From Gemmatimonadales bacterium (GTDB lineage: Bacteria; Gemmatimonadota; Gemmatimonadetes; Longimicrobiales; Gaopeijiaceae), in the NCBI GenBank assembly GCA_050181335.1, contig JBFXDG010000019.1:302-64301 (forward strand): a DNA stretch of 64,000 bases, given 5' to 3'. A program made the position numbers and the translations under genes. Positions 61,267-64,000 of the stretch are shown piece after piece; position 1 is the first letter of the stretch, and each line of letters opens with the position of its first letter. The notes under the pieces were generated by a model, which did not search any database, had not been told where the DNA came from, and saw nothing but the letters and a program-made list of their open reading frames with translations.

Positions 61267-61614
61267 CTAGAAGGTCGGTGGGATCACCAACTCGACCTGG
61301 TCACCCTCGTACACCCCCATCGAGTGGGTGGCGACGTCGTTCCCGGCGATCAGGTCCACCTCGAGCCGCATATCGCCGCCTCCGCGCACCGCGGTGGTGA
61401 ACGTCTGCGTCGTATTCCCGGTGACCATGCCGAGGCGGTCGCGTGGGCCGGCGCCCCAGATCGCATAGATCACGGCGTCGTTGTAGTTCTGGTTCTCGAC
61501 CGTCACCTCGACGTCCTCCGAGGTGCCTTCCTCGACCGGGCGGCCCGTCGAGGCACACCCGGCGGCGAACGCCAGAATCATGAACAGGGCGGCACGTCTG
61601 CGTGGTGTGACCAT
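61267..61614 (-). CDS. Small lipoprotein
   Basis: GGAGGAG SD 6 nt upstream of ATG 61614. Lipobox 'LAFAAGC'. Only the last 115 codons of track ORF 61267..62058 are genic. Confidence 0.7.
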   Translation of the reverse strand: MVTPRRRAALFMILAFAAGCASTGRPVEEGTSEDVEVTVENQNYNDAVIYAIWGAGPRDRLGMVTGNTTQTFTTAVRGGGDMRLEVDLIAGNDVATHSMGVYEGDQVELVIPPTF

Positions 61615-61756
61615 GGTATTCTCCTCCTGGAACTCGATGTTGCTGGCTCTTGAGCCGACAAGATCCATGCCCTGAATGACGTGCCGCCCGCCGCGTCTTG
61701 CACACTGGCCGGTGTCGCGCGTTGCGGCGCGTGGGCTCGGGAACCAAGCTTGGAGG

Positions 61757-64000
61757 ATGCACCGCCCCCCCAGACGGTCCATGGCGCCCGTGTTGTGCGC
61801 CATCCTCGCCATGTCGTGCCTCGGTCCCGAGGGCCCGACGGACGTCGGGGTGGGCTCGACGGGCATCGATCTGCAGCCGGCGGTCATTCCTTCGCCTGCC
61901 GACGCGAGCGCGCTGCCGATCAACCGCATCCGGATGACGGTGGCGAGGACGACGGACGGCGTCGTGCTCGGCGAGTCGGTCGTCGCCGTCGATCCGCTCC
62001 AGACGTCGTGGACGCTGGCCCTCGACGTCCGCCTCCCGGCACCCACGGTGGACGTCACCCTGACGGTGCTGCTCGTTCACGTGGAGCCCGGTGGCGCGGA
62101 ATCGGTGGAGTTCAGCGGCGTCGCCGGCCCGCTCACGCTGCGCGCAGGCGAGCCGCCCGTCCGACCGGAGGTCACCATCGTTCGCGGTCCCGTCGCGAAC
62201 GTCTACACGACGGGCGTCACGATCACCACGGCGCCCGATACCGTGGTCGTCGACCAAACGGCACCCCTCGCCGCGTCGGCGACGTCGTCCGGGGCGGTGG
62301 CGCCCACGATCTTCTGGACGGTTCTGGACACCGCCGTCCTCTCGCTCACCGGGACCACGCTGCAGGGCCGCGCGCTGGGGACGGGCCGCGTGGTCGCGTC
62401 GGCCGGAGCCCACGCGGATACTGCGTCGATCGTGGTGCGCGGACCGAGCAGCGGACCGCGCGTCGACGTGCGTGTCCAGAAGACGGTGGATCAGCCGCGG
62501 CCGCTCGCCGGCGCGCGCATCCGGTTCACGGTGTCGGCCACCAACCTCGGGCCGGCGGGCGCGACCAACGTGATGGTCTTCGATACGCTGCGCCGGTCCG
62601 CATTCACGAGCCCGTCGCACTCCGTATCCGCCGGTGCGCTCGTCGGGGACTCGCTGTGGCAGATCGGAGCCCTGGCGGCCGGCGCGTCCGCGACCTGGAC
62701 GACCGACGTGACCGTGGCCTCCGGCGTCGCGGGGGGATCGGCGGTGAACACGGCGATCCTGCGCGCGGTGGCGCCCAGCGACTCCACCCCGGCGAACGAT
62801 ACCGCGCGCGTCACGCTCGACTTCCCGCTCTCCGCCGTGCCGACCGTGCAGATCACGCAGCCGGCCGACAGCTCGGTGTACGATCCCGGCGATCCGGTGA
62901 CGTTCACGGCCACCGCGACGGACCCCGAGGACGGTAGCCTCACGCCCTCGATCGTCTGGCGATCCAATCTCGATGGCGGCCTGGGGACCGGTGGCTCGGT
63001 CACGACCTCCGCGCTGCGCGCAGGCGTGCACACGATCAGCGCGTCGGCGACGGACTCGGACGGAGGCACCGGGGCCGACACCATCCACGTGACCGTCGCG
63101 CTCTACACGATGCCCTCCACGCTGAACGTGCCGTTCGGTGGTACCGCGTCGCTCCCGATCACGCTGTCGCAGGCGGCGCCGACGGGCGGGATCACGCTCT
63201 CGCTCGCCTCGAGCGCGCCGACCATCGCGAACCCGACCTCCGCCACCGTGTTCATCCCGCAGGGCGCGCTATCCGCCAACGCGACCCTCTCGGGACTCCT
63301 GCCGGGGACGGCGAACATCACGGTGGCCAACGCGCAGTTCGGCTCCGCGGTTGTGGTGGCGACGGTGAGGGCCGAGCTCGACATCCTCGGCAGCAGCATC
63401 TCCTTCGCGTCGCCCTTCTCGAACCCCGTCACGGTGCAGCTCGAGAGCCAGGGCATCGCCATCGCCGCGCCCGCGGGCGGGCTGTCGGTCTCCCTGGCCG
63501 CTCGGGATCCCGGCTGCGTCGCGGTCGCGTCGTCGCTCGCCATTCCCGGCGGCCAGATCTCCCGCGGCACGACGCTCTCGTGGGGCGGAGCGGCGACGCC
63601 ACCCTGCCAGACGTACGTGGTCGCGACGGCGCCGAATGTCGTGCAGGACTCCGTGCTCGTCTCCGTCACGCCGCAGCCGGGGATCACGCTCGGCGCGCGG
63701 ACTGTCGGCGGCGGGCTGCAGGAAAACACCAGCTTCACCCTCGGCGTCGGAAACCACGGAGGCTCGACGGTCACGGTCGCGAGCTCGGATGCGACCCGGG
63801 TGCTCGTCGCACCCGATGCGACCACGCCCGGTGCGGCGTCCTTCGACGTGAACGTGCCCAACGGCACGGCTGGCGTCGGGTTCTACGTGCAGGGCGTGGA
63901 AGGTGCGACGGGCACGGCGAGCGTGACGGTGAGCGCGGCGGGCTTCAATCAAGGCTCGGCGACGATGACGGTGGTGCAGCCGGGGATCATCCTGGCGGGA
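61757..64000 (+). CDS. Large cell-surface protein with Big_2-, DUF11- and PKD/Ig-like repeats (partial; runs off window end; not in the supplied ORF track)
   Basis: I translated this frame by hand from the stop at 61673 to 64000 and found no further stop. Signal-like 'MHRPPRRSMAPVLCAILAMSC'. 'VTITTAPDTVVVDQTAPL...GRALGTGRVVA' is Big_2-like. 'VQKTVDQPRPLAGARIRFTVSATNLGPAGATNV...TPANDTA' is DUF11-like. 'ATDPEDGSL...W.SNLDG.LGTG' is Ig/PKD-like. Very high GC3. Possible starts are 61676, 61757 and 61781. Confidence 0.8.
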   Translation, partial: MHRPPRRSMAPVLCAILAMSCLGPEGPTDVGVGSTGIDLQPAVIPSPADASALPINRIRMTVARTTDGVVLGESVVAVDPLQTSWTLALDVRLPAPTVDVTLTVLLVHVEPGGAESVEFSGVAGPLTLRAGEPPVRPEVTIVRGPVANVYTTGVTITTAPDTVVVDQTAPLAASATSSGAVAPTIFWTVLDTAVLSLTGTTLQGRALGTGRVVASAGAHADTASIVVRGPSSGPRVDVRVQKTVDQPRPLAGARIRFTVSATNLGPAGATNVMVFDTLRRSAFTSPSHSVSAGALVGDSLWQIGALAAGASATWTTDVTVASGVAGGSAVNTAILRAVAPSDSTPANDTARVTLDFPLSAVPTVQITQPADSSVYDPGDPVTFTATATDPEDGSLTPSIVWRSNLDGGLGTGGSVTTSALRAGVHTISASATDSDGGTGADTIHVTVALYTMPSTLNVPFGGTASLPITLSQAAPTGGITLSLASSAPTIANPTSATVFIPQGALSANATLSGLLPGTANITVANAQFGSAVVVATVRAELDILGSSISFASPFSNPVTVQLESQGIAIAAPAGGLSVSLAARDPGCVAVASSLAIPGGQISRGTTLSWGGAATPPCQTYVVATAPNVVQDSVLVSVTPQPGITLGARTVGGGLQENTSFTLGVGNHGGSTVTVASSDATRVLVAPDATTPGAASFDVNVPNGTAGVGFYVQGVEGATGTASVTVSAAGFNQGSATMTVVQPGIILAG

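Overview
The window is very GC-rich DNA from a diderm bacterium. My lineage guess is Gemmatimonadota or FCB-like, inferred from the lpxC-fabZ fusion, the PorV-like barrel and bshC; it is not proven.

Layout:
- **rRNA operon end:** the window starts at the 3' tip of a 23S rRNA gene, followed by a 5S rRNA and a terminator.
- **1.3-35 kb:** an almost unbroken run of + strand housekeeping genes, many joined by ATGA/GTGA start/stop overlaps. In order they are era, an outer-membrane (OM) barrel gene, a membrane protein gene, rnr, a pseudo-receiver GGDEF gene, a zinc-ribbon gene, prfB (with the classic +1 frameshift), lysS, lolE/lolD, mcsA-mcsB-clpC, bamA-skp, lpxD, lpxC/fabZ, lpxA, lpxB, an lpxJ-like gene, lpxK, rlmH, bshC, murJ, uvrC, gltX, a TPR lipoprotein gene and tRNA-Gly.
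- **35-49 kb:** a more accessory stretch.
  - a lipoprotein gene broken by an in-frame TGA
  - an Imm-like/zinc-finger fusion
  - small lipoproteins
  - exported NHL, FAH and metalloprotease enzymes
  - folP-folB-folK
  - three orphan secreted proteins
  - an M23 peptidase
- **49-55 kb:** DUF512-der-plsY-gpsA-merR-surE.
- **55-64 kb:** a second accessory stretch.
  - a repeat-motif protein
  - tRNA-Arg
  - a frameshifted RibD_C-like gene
  - a kaiC-like gene coupled to a hybrid histidine kinase
  - a SWIB protein
  - small membrane and lipoprotein genes
  - a large Ig-like surface protein that runs off the window and is absent from the supplied ORF track

I saw no CRISPR array, transposase, integrase or recognisable canonical defence system. 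The best candidates for something new are:
- the Imm-like/DnaJ-zinc-finger fusion protein
- the ctsR-less mcsAB-clpC module, preceded by a nested palindrome and coupled to bamA
- the kaiC-like/pseudo-receiver kinase pair

All calls rest on motif recognition by eye. No database search was run.
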